Source: Folioceros fuciformis
Lineage: Eukaryota
NCBI GenBank assembly: GCA_049999805.1
Contig: JBNGIO010006247.1
Location: forward strand, 112,726-149,816
Direction of reading: 5' to 3'
DNA length: 37,091 bases
Below, one piece after another: positions 23,025 through 35,920 of this stretch. The number at the start of each line of letters is the position of its first letter. The first letter of the stretch is position 1. Both the position numbers and the translations under genes were made by a program. The notes under the pieces are model-generated. The model worked only from the letters and a program-made list of their open reading frames with translations. It did not search any database and was not told the origin of the DNA.

Positions 23025-26000
23025 TCATGGTTCGCGGAAAAGCTGCAAAGCTTGTTTGCGGAGAACCCGCATCTGCTGATCATAAGCTGCAGAGTTGCTG
23101 AGAAAGAGAGACTTGGTGGATTGACCTTTGGATAACCAGTCGAGAAACTCGGTACCTGAGGTCACCAGTTCCAAGTTGTCCGGGGCGAGATTGGAGAAAG
23201 GAGCTTCCAGATCCTTCAGCTGGGCAACCACAACCTGTCTAGCATTCAAGTTATCTTGGGTAAGGACTTGCCATTCCTCACACAAGATAATCCGGATAGT
23301 TGGAGGTACCTTCAAACCCTTCTCGACCCCTGTCTGAATCTGTGCAATCCATGTAAGCAGCAAAACCTGTGCAGCACCTACTGACGTACACGACAGTCGG
23401 AGGACCCATTCATTGTCGGACCATGTGCAGACGTCGCCGAAAATGCCGAGCTCCAGGCTCCTCTCGACTACCCTCAGTGCCCTTATTTCCCAGCCTAAAA
23501 CCCAAAGAGCATCAACAAGGGCATTATGGAAGCCCCGTTGCATCCCTGCATTCAAGCCCTCCCTGTCCAATCCCTGAAGGAACTCAGCTACTCCTTGCCA
23601 CATTGCATCCTGCTCTCCAACTTCATCCAACAACATTAACTCGGCTAGGACTGGCGGCAATCCAAGGTACTTCAAACAACCAAACAGACCCACAATATCC
23701 TCAGACCTGCTGGACCTTGTCAAGGCTGCCAGGAGGGCAGTGAACACAACTACTTTGGGTGCCAGAACTGCTGTAACGGATTGAAGGATAGCTATCAGTC
23801 TCCTATTCACAGCCTCATCTGGTCCGAAGGCTTCTATCAACACTGCATATGAGGTGTGATTTGGGTGAGGTCCCTTCCCGACAACGAGGTCATCATGCAA
23901 ATCCAGCGCTTCTTTGTATCGACCTGACCGTACGTAAAACCTCAGAACAGAGTTAAACCCTCCAATGCCACCGAGCATATTCTCCTTTCTCATCTTCTCT
24001 GCTAAAGCTGCACCCTTCTCAAATTGACCACAAAGACTATACGCCTCTAGAAGGAAAGAAAACGTTTGCACATTGGGTTCCACTTTTTTGCGAGCCATGG
24101 TCTCTTGCAGTATCTGCTCTGACTTCTGCCATAATCCCTTCCTCCCATACCCTGCCAACGAATCAACCCCACAATTTCCTTAAGAACAAGTGCTAGACAG
24201 GTGCAACGTTCATCAGTCAACCATCCAGCCAACCTTTCGCGAAATTTACCAGTAAGGATAGGGACAACATACCTAGTATCACCCAGTTGTGACAAGCCAA
24301 AGACACAGGTTGCTTCCCGTGCAAATTCGTCAGCAGCTTCTCCGCATCCTCTATGCGTCGCATGTTGCAGCAAGCACCAAAAACCGAGCTCAAAAGACCA
24401 TCATTGACCTGCTTGCCAAGATTCCGCAGTGACTCTGTATAGAGCTTCAAGCAGTCATCCACCATGCCCCTTTTCCCATGAATGTCAATGAGAAGTTTGA
24501 ACGATGTTACATTAGGTGCAACCCCGGAGCTGATCATATGATCATATACTTTCATAGCCTGGAATTGACTGCCTCGACCAAAAACGAAAATCAGAGAATT
24601 GTAGACCTCTACACTAGGGTAATAACCCGCTTGCTCCATGTCGGCCAATATCTGCCATGAATCTTCATACTTTCCTGCCCTTCCAAAGGTAAAGAGAAGG
24701 GTATTGTAAAACGCAAGATCAGGTCTACTTCCATGCTCCCGGAACAGCCGGAGAACCTCTTTCACCTGATGCACAAACCAAGAGAGTCAATAGCCCACGT
24801 CGTTAGAGTAAGTGCCTTGTGGTACACGCCCCAAAGAATCACTGTCAAAACCCTGAAGACAACAACGCTCCATGACTTGCCAAGAGAGAAACCATCTGTA
24901 AGCATAATTCTTACCCCGTCAAAGAGGCCAGCTCTCCCATAGGCATTGAGCAAGGCATTGAATGTCTTCACGTCTGGGGGAAACCCCTCCTGTTTCATTC
25001 GTCCAAACCAGAATTTTACATCCTGAAGCCGCCCGGCCTTCCCATAGATGTCTACAAGCGTATTGTATGTAACAAGATCTAATGGTAACCTGGATTTACC
25101 ATCACTTGCAGACATGATATCTGCCACTATTTGCTCCACGGCATCCAAGCGTCCAGCTTTTCCATAAACAGAAATCAATGAATTATACACAGTCAGATCA
25201 GGCTGCACGACTGAATTCTGCATTTCTTCCAACACTAAGTCTAGCTGCTCCCATTCTCGGACTCTTCCGAATGCCGTGATTAGTATTGAGCAGGTCTGCA
25301 AATCAGCAGCAACGCCAGCCTGTATCACGGACCATCGTCAGAACAGCCACAAGTAGTGCAATCAATTCAAAAGAGTAGCCTGATTGGGCAGTGAACAAGG
25401 ACAAACCTTACGCATCCGCTTGTAATATTCAGCAACTTTTCCCGTTTCTCCAGCTCTTCCCAAAGCATTCAGAACCACATTATAGAAAACGACGTCATGC
25501 TCCAGTGTCTGCTCATTGAGTTGCTCAAACACTTCAAGCATTCTCTTGGTGTCCCCTACATAAGAACGCAGCAGTTGAGTCTGAGGAACGAATGTGGACC
25601 CAGGTCAGACTCTCTTCACAGGAATCCATCTGGAAAGAAAAGTGACATACATTATCTTCTACAATGGAACGTAGGATACCTGGCCTAACAACATCAGAAA
25701 GACATGGGAAGCATCATTATATGTACGCGGGATAACCATCATCTCCTAGAATTGACTCCAATCAATGCAGAAGAGGCAAATACCGAGTTTGGCGTATGAG
25801 TTCAAGGCTGCATGATATGTGGCTTTGTCTGGAGTATAGCCCCGTGAAACCATAGCTCTAAATAATTCCACTGTATTGGTGAACCGGCCCTTGCGACAAG
25901 CCAGCAAGACTAGGCTCGTATATGTTGCTCTATCAGGCTCCACACCGTCCTGTTTCATTGTGTCAAACAGAGAAAGGGCTGTTTCCCAGCCTTTTGGAAT

Positions 26001-28259
26001 TCGAGAACATCCATCGATCATAGCATTGTACAAGGATACCAAAGGCTTCAGACCCACCTGTCGCATTCTATCAAGTGCAAGGACTGCTCTGTGTAGAGAC
26101 CCACTTCTTAGATAGCCTAGAACTAAGGGGCTATATTCGGGTAATCCCGGGTGCAACCCATCCTTTTTCATATACGTCAACACAAGCTCCACTTTGTCTA
26201 TCCTTCTGGCCTTCGTCAGAACATTTATGACCATCTGGTACAGGTTCTCGTCAGGCTTATAATTGGGCTGATCTTGTAACCATTCCAACACTCGTAAAGC
26301 AGTAACCCAATCCCTCTGCAAACCAAGGTCTGCCATGACCTGCTTTACCTCCTGAGAGGTGATTTTGTCAGCGAACGCATTCATTAGGTGCCCCACTTCC
26401 TCACTAGTCTTGGCCACATGTAAACATCGTATAATTTCCAGTACGTTCTCTGATTTCCAAGGAGGACTTATAGGCCGCGCTTCATTCCTCCATTTACTGA
26501 CAATCATTGGCAGCCTTCTAGGGCCTGCAGCTTCTGCACTTCTATTCCATTCATACCTTCCTCCCTGATACTCGGTTCCACTATCGAGTCGATTGAGACG
26601 AGATGAGAACAAAGCTTCAGGAAAGGCATCAGACCTTGCTTCAATGTCGCTCTGAGCTTCCGCTTCAGAAAAATCTGAGGTAGTCGTGGACAGCCCAAGC
26701 AATTGTTGCACGTTCCGTACTTCTTCTAGCTGCAGATGACCTCCTTCAGAAACCCCGGTTTTGCCTGCTGTGTCTGCAGGACGATCAGGGAGCACTAGCC
26801 CATGCTGAGCTGAACTAGTGTCATTCACAGTAGAAGGTACATCAATGCGGGTCAGTGCTGACGAATCATTGGTGTGCACACCGGCGGCGACTCCAGCCTC
26901 CTCCAAAACAGAAGCAGTTGGTAAGGAACCGGCAGCCGCTTTTTTCCTGGAAATTCTAGCCACTCTCGGCGATCGCTGCATCTTCAAAACTCCATCTACC
27001 TGCGGCTGTCCTTCACCGAGAAGACAAGCCTCTGGGTCTACAGATACTTCAGGGGGAGCTACTACTGGATCCTGAGCTGAGCTAACTCCGTCTCCGGCAA
27101 AATGGCCCTGAACCTGAGTCAGTGCTGACGAAGGATCGAAGTCCGTCACTGCAGACACCCCACCCTCCTCCAATGCCGAAGCAGCTGAAGAAGACACTGA
27201 GACTCTTCTTTTCCTGGAAACTCTGATCAATCTCTGTGCTTGTTGTACTTTCGAAACTTCAGTAAGCTGCAGTTGTCCAGCTCCCGAGACAACAGTCTTA
27301 GGGGAATTGTCTGCAAGGTCTGTAGCCGGCTGAGAGAGAACAAAAGAATCCTGAGCTGCATCTCCAGCGGAAGGGCCCTCTATCGGGGTCAGTGGTGACG
27401 AAGCATCGCTGCCCCTCACTGCAGGCACTCCACCCCCCTCTAGGACAGAAGAAGTTTGAAAAGAAACGGCAGAAACTTTCTTCCTGGAAACTCTGGCCGC
27501 TCTCGGCTTCACAGGAACCGTCACACTGACCCCCTTGCCATCATGTGCGATTTCCGAAGCAAGGCTGTCAGGGCTGTCTGGAATGGAAATCTTGGTAGAC
27601 CCTTTCCTCCGCACAGCTTTGACAGACCTTTTAGGTTTGGACTTGGTGCTTGGTGCAGAATCATCGGGCAAAAGCGGGTTTCCTTCCACATCACTGACGC
27701 TCAGCGAGGCTGCAGCAGGACTTTCGACCGCAACAGCGGTCGCAAGAAGCATTCTTTGCCTGGACCTGTCCAGGAATCCATCTACATTCCTTCTTCTAGC
27801 AGAAGACAATTCGTTCCTCCGAAAATCCAACGACTGCAACCTGGAAGCCCCGGCATCGCCTACCTTGAGTGCATACACTAGTGCACATCGCATATTCAAA
27901 ACCTGCACTCCCATTCCCATCTTCGGAGTGCAATCCAAGCAAGCCGCATCCTCCCCTCCACACCTCCTTCCAGGAGCAACGCCACCTATCTGAAGACATC
28001 CTCCGCCATAAAAGGCTCTTGCCCCTCGTGCACCACTGCCAACGAGCTCTCCATTGCTCACCGTACCGACACGCAACGGAGGCACATTCTGAGCTGCAAG
28101 AAACAGCTGGTCCCGCAATCGGACTCTCCCGTTCAGCAGGAGCTCCGAATGGGACTCCCTACCAAGCAGCAGTGTGCGCAAAATCCCTTGGCTGGCCCTC
28201 GGCCGCCGGTGTCGGTAGCCCAGCTGCGGAGAACACGCACAATGCTCGGCCCACAGCAT
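23025..28259 (-). CDS. P-class PPR protein with C-terminal SMR-like domain (pTAC2/GUN1-like), multi-exon
   Basis: Many 35-aa P motifs (e.g. PDLTVYNSLISVYGKAGRLDAVEQIVADI; PDVKTFNALLNAYGRAGLFD; PDRATYTSLV). C-terminus WQGVAEFLQGL..GFHNALVDALWVLGWEIRALRVV..WVLRLSCTSVGAAQVLLLTW resembles the pre-SMR/SMR region of PPR-SMR proteins. Four GT-AG introns join in frame. Start codon uncertain. Confidence 0.88.
26700..27510 (-). repeat. Three ~90-aa degenerate tandem repeats in the PPR-SMR N-terminal extension
   Basis: DNA anchor ttcctggaaa at 26944, 27211 and 27481 (period 267-270 bp). Protein units R..R[VI]SRK[KR]..S.LE..GV.A...D.SS.LT......AQ......G.GQ.Q.... Confidence 0.85.
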
Positions 28260-28878
28260 CTAAGCAGCTCGTCCTGTCAGCAGCTGCACCATCGATTCTG
28301 CAAGTCGGAGGCAGCAACCGGAACCTACCTGCATTAACAGTTACAGACAGGAAGACAATGCAACCAGGGCGTCTTGCGAATCGTTTAGCCCAACCCTGCT
28401 GCCAATGAGCATTCAAGATTCTCTATCCTTGCTCCGATTCCATCAGTCCACCGATATCGCAATGTTTACAAGATGAATAGCACTTATTGACGCCTGTTGA
28501 GTGATATACATGTGTATTCCCAGATAAATGTACCTTCACGTTTATCGGAGGATTTCTGCGCATAATGTTAGATAAAAGAGGTTACTTGTTGGCATCATAG
28601 TTTTAGTATCTCTAGCTATTGTAGCTCAAACTAAACTATTATGAACACTCCTCCATACAGAAGAAATCTTATCCGATACAATCTTATGACTTTCGTAAAA
28701 GTTGCCGATGCCATCTGAAAGGCCAGTTTTTAGGGGACCCACAGATGGATTTCAAAATTCTTTATTTTTGGCAAGTCATCCCAAGTAAGGTAGCATGTTG
28801 TCCAAAGTATCTTCCCCATACAGTCTCCTCTTTGACATTCCTAGCAAGCTTGAGGAGCTTTGACAATAGGATATGCAG

Positions 28879-29111
28879 ATTTTTGGTGATATAATCGATT
28901 AGGTACTTTTGAGTGTGATGCAGAGGACCTTGCAAGGTGACAACCATCTCTTCCCATCTTGTTTGGACGCATTGGTTTGGCAGCAATGGACATATTTTTT
29001 GGTGATATAATCGACCAGGTACTTTTGAGTGTGATGCAGAGGACCTTGCAAGGTGACAATGATCTCTTCCCATCTTGTTTGGACGCATTGGTTTGGCAGC
29101 AATGGACATAT
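28879..29111. repeat. Tandem duplication, 2 x ~117 bp
   Basis: tttttggtgatataatcga..aggtacttttgagtgtgatgcagaggaccttgcaaggtgacaa..atctcttcccatcttgtttggacgcattggtttggcagcaatggacata is repeated back to back. Confidence 0.92.
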
Positions 29112-29548
29112 TGTTACTTTCGGTATTTCTCGAAAGTTGGACCCTTTCGACTCTTATTCTTGGCTTCCCGTTTTCTCATTTGTGATACCTGCATTTTGGA
29201 ATCTTTCGTTCTTGGTGTAGAAGAGGGTGCCTTTCCTATATGCAGCTATTCCTAAGATCGGCTAAAGACTCTCTCTCTCTCTCCTCGACTCAATTTTCAT
29301 CCCCCCTTGTGAAGGGAATTTGGGGGCTCCAAGCCTCTCTTCTTGGGAAGGATTACCAGCAAATGTAGCTTGATCTTCTTCGAAATTCTTTTATCCACAC
29401 GCCCACTTAGGCATGGTTTTGTTCGTGCTCAAGAAAGGGATGCAAGCTCTTGGCTCAACCTAGCATCTAGGCTTTCCGTCTCACACCAACCACATTCTTT
29501 ACTACAATAAGGTTTCGTTATTTCTTGGTCCAATCTTTGGCCTCCTCT

Positions 29549-30055
29549 CTCCTCTTGCAATTGCGGGGTGCCTTTAGACAACTTAGGTGCTTATCTTCTC
29601 TTGCAATTGCGGGGGGCCTTTGGACAACTACTCATCTTCTCTTGCTCCTCTTGCAATTGCGAGATGCCTTTCGACAACTTTGGTATCTTGTATGTTGCCC
29701 AGCTAGGGGTCAACAAATTGCTACACACAACAACTTTGGTACTCATCCAATTGCGAGGTGCCTTTTGACAACATTGGTACTCATCTTATGATCTTGTCTA
29801 TTGCCCAGCTAGGGGTCAACAAATTGCTNNNNNNNNNNCATCTTATGATCTTGTCTATTGCCCAGCTAGGGGTCAACAAATTGCTACACACAATAACTTT
29901 GGTACTCATCTTATGATCTTGCCTGTTGCTCGGCTAGGGTTCAACGGATTGCTACACACAATGCCGTGCAAGATGACACTCCTCATGCACAGAAGAAACC
30001 CACACTTAGTTATCTATAAAAACATAACCACACTTAGTTATCTATAAAAACATAA
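29549..30055. repeat. Degenerate nested tandem repeats, possibly a decayed transposable element or satellite
   Basis: 3-4 copies of (ctcttg)caattgcg.g.tgcctt..gacaac; ~4 copies of tcttg..t.ttgcccagctaggggtcaacaaattgct(acacacaa); 2 x 28 bp ccacacttagttatctataaaaacataa. Contains a 10-N gap. Confidence 0.75.
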
Positions 30056-31449
30056 TATCGTGAATGCCCCATAGCTCACGTGGGACCTAAAGTCATCACT
30101 GGGAGCCTATCTATGGCCTTCTATAGCTTTGCAAAGAGGTAGTGGCAAGTGCCATCTTTAGAACAAAGACAAGTGCTAATCCCTTTGGCCCTCTCCCACT
30201 ATTCCTCCTTATCTTTGGGGTAGATAGAATTTTCTCTTATTCCATATATATATTAATATTCTTTTAAATAAAATATACAAAATTTCTCTTAACTAAAAAA
30301 TATGAGAATACACCTAACTAGGCGTTTAAGGATATATCCAACTATGAATTCAGTTTAATGATAAATTTAAGAAAATATTTAACTATGAATTTATCATTAA
30401 ATTTGGACATGTGCTTAATTATAAGTCTATCATCAAGTTTGGGACTCCGAACGGTAACTGGAGTCCCAATAAGTTTTAAGTTTGGGAGTTTCTCGTTAAC
30501 TACAAGGTTACGGGGGAGGATGAGTGGTCAGAATTCGTGCTGCTTGTCAAGGTCGCTCTCCTGGTAGGTCGGTAGCGAATGCGTGTTGATAGGAAAAACC
30601 TTTTTGGACCCGATATCCTGGCTCTGTTATTAAACTCGTTTACACCAGGCGACGGCCAAGTCCCGAGTCTGCCAGTACGAAACTAGTTCGCACTAGCCCA
30701 TCCGACGGGCTGCAACGGATTGGCCGATGACATGCCCGGCTTGGGGTAGCTTCCAAAAAGCTGTGCGGCTTGTCCATTCGTGTAACAGCTTGGAGGCTAC
30801 AGACGGTGGGAATCGGAACTGTCGATGAGCTCTAGTGACCTACAGTACCTGCATGCGGAAAAGGACAACCCGCACTGGACTGTAGGCTATGCCGAAGAGT
30901 GATTCACACTCCGTCTACCTCGATTTTTATGAAAAGGTGGCAGGAGCCTGCACCCGTCCTCGATCTGTGACCAAGAAGCCCTAGCTCGTCCAGGTCGTCG
31001 GAACTTCTGTTGTGATGTAGTCTTCGTGTTTTTCGAGCCTGTTCTCACCATCTCTCGCCGTGGAGAGCTTGGACGAACCCCAGCCGAAGACGCCGTCAGC
31101 GGCAAATGTCAGATGCAAGCACCAGTTCCCCTAGAGGCAGTGCATGCCTGCAGCCTTCGGTCAGCCGCGCTCGATGCACACTCGAGTTGTGGAACTAGGC
31201 TGGGCCTTGAACGTGGTCTCCATGGTTAAGACTACATGAACGAAGTTGCCTGTCCTTGTCGAAGAAGGAAGCCTAGGCGCGAGATTTGGTTTCCAGGAAG
31301 TAACTGAGAAGGTAATCGGGGTCACTTGTCTGCCTGGATGCTTCGTATCCATTTTGTTCTCTTTCCGGATCTACAGGGCTGAATCTCAAATACGATCCAC
31401 TGCGACGGGTGCCTGGAGGACGCCTCCTCCGTGCACCGTCCAGTTCACC

Positions 31450-32930
31450 ACATTCTTGGTGTATCACATCACGGCATCCCGTTTTACCATATCCCTTCTT
31501 GGCCATGGTGTCAAAATCCTGGCATGTATCTTCCACTTCGCTACATTCTTGCCTACATGTCCACCAGGCAGTTGCCAACAACCAAGTTACTAGGAATGCC
31601 ACCGTGTACCGAATGCACTGTGCACTTTTGTGCCATATTCCATCGGTTGTTGGTGGCAAATCTGGAGGGCCAGTACACAGATAAGTACATATCCACCTTC
31701 TGTCCCGACCGACTCATCTTAAATGGCCTGGCATGTGCAGAGATCGTGGTATTCGTGCACGGCCTTTCTGCTAGGTTTCCCGTGCTTGGTGTGTGCGCAG
31801 ATTATAGACACCCCATGAAGTCATCCATGGGCTCCTTTCGACTCTCACCCAAGTTTAGACCAAATCATTCCAAAGCTGTACACACTTTTAGCACAGTGCA
31901 AAACACAGACTGAGATTTGGCAGACCGAGCGGCAGCTACCAAGATATGTGTCCACTTTCTCTCGTACATACGTACTCTATATGGACGGTAGAGCTCGATG
32001 GCACTCGAGCTTACAGTTATTAGCAGGCGCAGACTTTCTCGTGCGGACATTGACATTGCGGGACATGACTGGGAATTGTGTGCAGACAGTTTGTTCAGCC
32101 ACGCTGGTGAGCACATCCATGTCCATGGCATCTTGCAGCCTACTGAGCGACATATAGTTCCCCTTCTGTGCTTTTCGATTAATACCCAAGTTTGACAGCG
32201 AGATCATGAACTAAGTCGCCCGCAACCACATCCTTCACAACGTTTTTGCAAAGTTTAAAGTGGCGGACTGGCAGACTGAGGGATGACAAGACAGGCAGAG
32301 GGCAGGTACTTGAGCGCAGCCGCAAAGAAAGCCTTTCATGCATTTGATAAAGTTGTATGACCTCAAATCTGGTTCCCGAAATTCGCAATGGCGGACGCAT
32401 TCATTCAGCCTCACTCGATTTACGTCTATTGCTAGCTCATCACGGGCTAGTCGAAGAGCGAGGAACGCTTGTCTGCAGACGTCAAACGGCCCCAGTGAGA
32501 GAATGCTTTTGATATGTTTGCCCTAGCTCCATGCTGCCCCTGCGTCATATGCTGACAGTGTGACTAATTCCATCGCTTGCACCCATAAATCAGGGTCTTC
32601 CCTTGGTTTGATTTGATCTTGGTGTCTGACGGCCTGTCCAGGCCTTGATTTGGTCTTTCTGTCTAACGGATCGGTTTTACCTGCCAAACGGTCATCCGGC
32701 ATGACTAAGTATGCACAATACACAGCCACAGTTTGCAACTGGGACCCAGTTGCGAAGGGTAAGCTGCATGTATGACCAGCATCTCCTATTTGGGGGCGTG
32801 ATATCCACAATAGTTTCGGCTCTACATTCCACGTCCTGAACCCAGCACTTCACCCCACAATCTAGGAAGCTCTTGTTCCTGAATGATACAAATTTTGAAT
32901 ACACTCTGGCAGTCTGGACTGTCCTCACTC
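31450..32930 (-). pseudogene. Decayed PLS-class PPR (RNA-editing-factor type) pseudogene
   Basis: Frameshifted fragments on the minus strand: MEYGTKVHSA / VHGGIPSNLVVGNCLVDM*AR / CSEVEDTCQDFDTMAK / DMV; GDLVHDLAVKLGY*; EPDLRSYNFIK; SFRNKSFLDCGVKC. These resemble the PLS consensus G..VH...VK.G..S.V.VGNALVDMYAKCG...DA..VFD.M...D.V.W. Boundaries approximate. Confidence 0.7.
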
Positions 32931-33081
32931 CGGGCGACTCCGTTCAACGCTTACAGGTTTGCGGTGCTATCAGCCGTTCACAAAGATAGGCAAACATGAG
33001 GGTATGGCGGCTTCACTCCGGCCAGGGTGCAAGGAGTTCCATGGTTTGGGGCCTCGGCGGAGATCAAGGAATATGTCTCTT

Positions 33082-34988
33082 CTACTTGGCGGCTGAGGAG
33101 TAGTCAATAAAAGGAAACATTTTGGGGTTACTCCAGTCTCTTGTGGCCAGACTTGATGTGGCTTCTTTGTCACAATGCCACACCAACTCGCCATCGGACA
33201 ACCTCACAAGCTGAGCAGGAACGGAGCCAGGAAGAGCTGGCCGTTCCAATACCCTCTGCAATATGAATGCTTTGCTGCTCCCAACCACGACAAAAGCAGC
33301 CTGTTCTCTCCAACATACCACCACGTACCGTCAGATTTGCTGCCAAACGCTAGCTAGCAAACAAATTCACTCCAGGGCTCAACAGAGAAAACGTACGTGA
33401 GCTGCTGCGTTGATCAACGGCAGCGTCATGGTGATCCGTTCAGACGGGAGTTTCGGCGAGTTTGTAACTGGCACTACCCAGTCATTTTTTTCTGCAAGAT
33501 GCGGGCTGTTTGGGAAAAGTGATGCAACATGACCATCCGATCCCAATCCAAGTAAGATCTGTCACCCCTTCAGCGAAACTTCTCGTTAGCGGTAGTGTCC
33601 AAAAGTAAGCAGTCATGGGAGTTGAAAACAAGATAACCGGAATGTCCTTACAAGATCAAAGCGGGGGTATTGACCCGAACTGTCCAACTGGAGGACCTTT
33701 TTTTTCACAAGATTCCTGCAATAGAACAAAGCAAGGGTTTTTGCTACGCCCACAGAGCTCTCTCGAACCTCCAAGCTTGCTCATGCAGGACATATCACTT
33801 GCCTCAATTCATTTTCATAGTCTGATGCAGCTGAGCTCGGATCCTGAAACTCTTGAATAGCATGGATGTTAGGCTGGGCGATGGGCAGTTTCGAAGTAAA
33901 CTCCTCCTGCGTATAACGCTTTCACACTGTCAACTACAGAGTGCATACACACCAAGTGGGGTACTCAGAAAAAAACGCTATCCGAGGAGAAGAAGGTGGA
34001 AATAAACACACCTTTGCGAGCCTGTAATTACTGTCCTCATGATCTAGAGGAACGACCCTTTCATCCACCCAAAATACATGCCATTGTCTCCAGTGAACGC
34101 AAGATCGATAAGGTTCCCTCGTCAAGACATCCAAAGCCTGCGTCCCAAAAGTTCGAATCAAATCACAGCGTCGTCAACAATGCACACCACTGCACACACT
34201 GTAACGAGAGCAACGGGACAGGCAGGACCTTCACGACGGAGCCTCCCGAAAGAGCTACTGTAAAAACTCTTCGAGCATACACTGCTTCCTTGGACAATTG
34301 AGCCACATACTCAGCGAAACCATCAGCAAGCTGACTGGAGCTGTCGTACTCCAGCACTGTAGCTTCCGAGGCTCCTTCCGGATACTGGAAAGGATGTCCA
34401 GGCCTCTCACCATAATCATTGTTCCCGTCCGACTCCTCAACAACAGTCGCAGATCCGTTGCTATCAGCGCCAATCGGCTCAGTCACCTGCCTCTTCTTAG
34501 GTCGTCCTCTATGCTTAACATCCTCAGCGCTACTGGCCGTTGAAGCAAACGTGTTAGCACTCAAACCGAGGTTCCCTACCCTTTGAGGGAGGGCTCTAAC
34601 GCAGCCTACAACTTTCTCCCCAGCCAAGCATTTCAGAAGAGGAGAAGACGGACAGAATAACTCCTGGATACCACTCCTGCACGGAACAAAATGTGACTCT
34701 CCCTACACCACAGGAAAAGGCAGTGTATGAATGAGATTGATGACGACAACAGAACTGCTGAATCCGCAACATGCTTTGCCGCTTCCCGGAAACGGAGCAC
34801 AGCAGACTGTTTCGAAAGAAAGAAACCGCTTCAAAGCTGTTCCAGCGCAAGACGGCAATTCCACGAGTGTCCTACCTGCGGAACCAGAGGTTGTACAGAC
34901 GCAGACATGATCTGAATGGCAAAAGTAGTCCTTGCCACCGCCATAACGACCCCCGGCTACCTTCCCCAGGTCTCCGCAGCATCATCAT
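33082..34988 (-). CDS. PGL: 6-phosphogluconolactonase with N-terminal extension (probable transit peptide), multi-exon
   Basis: [96 protein letters not shown]. Stop at 33082-33084. First exon/start is uncertain (ATG at 34988 or 34944). Confidence 0.92.
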
Positions 34989-35920
34989 GGAACGCGCTCC
35001 TCCGAATCGCGGCTACATACTTCACTTTCGCAGAGTCTAGACAGGAAGGCTCGATCCCGCAGACGGGACGGTCCGTGGTTGTCCTTAGATAACTTCCTAA
35101 GGCCGCATCCAGAATTCAGATAAGCCTTGAACATCGACTCGGAATCACGAATCCAATGGTCACCGGACACCGGTTTAACCAGTCAAATCCCTCTTGGAAG
35201 AAGAAAAGAAGGCGCCACACAACGTTGAAACATTGGTGACAAGCGTTTAACCAATATTTGTGTTACAGATTATTACATAATGTTTTACTGACCTAGGTAC
35301 TTCAATGTCGTACTAGCGTTTGGGCAATGATTTGAAGAGACGAATTTGAACTGCAATGCTACTATGCTGATCTAAAGCTACATCTATCCTGCAAGGGTTC
35401 CTGGGGGCCACTCCCTGCGGTGAGGCCACAGCTCTTCTGCCATACAATAAAGGGAGATAGCAAATAGATCGCAAAACCTTGAGACTCATCAGTGGATCCA
35501 AAAAAGGTTTGGAGTGGGGGAGCACAAGGGAGATGATCTACCACGGTTGCAGCAGTGGCTTCTATTCTCACAGCCACGGCGCTAGAGAACAAGAATAGGG
35601 AAAGGCTCTATGATTACAGACCATGCCAACACAGGGCCTAGTAGCATAACTGAAATGGGCCGAATGTACAGCATCAGGAGGGCACCAGGCGCAGCTTGAT
35701 CCACAAATGCCAGGCCAGGCCACGCCAGGCCATGCCTTTCTTCAATCCTGGCAGCCAAGGACCTGCAATGCATGTCGAGTGAGAGGAGGAGGGCATCTCG
35801 TTTTCGGTGCTGCACAACGGAGCAGAGGTAGCCAAGGCACAGCACAGGCAACCCGTCACCCGTGATGCTGGTCAAGGAGAAATATGCATCCTAGGAAGAA
35901 AAAATGTGGTGGCTCACGTG

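Noticed and set aside
29549-29960. CRISPR-like repeat-spacer appearance
   Set aside because: Repeats are degenerate, the spacers are themselves repeated, there are no cas genes and the context is eukaryotic.
30500-31440. GC-balanced stretch with several short ORFs
   Set aside because: No family motif or consistent exon chain recognisable. It may be UTR or further pseudogene decay, but no call can be supported.
2265-34988. ALDH + two GGT + chitinase + PGL as a metabolic or defence gene cluster
   Set aside because: No shared pathway scaffold enzyme, and they are interspersed with housekeeping genes. Chance adjacency in a compact genome is sufficient.
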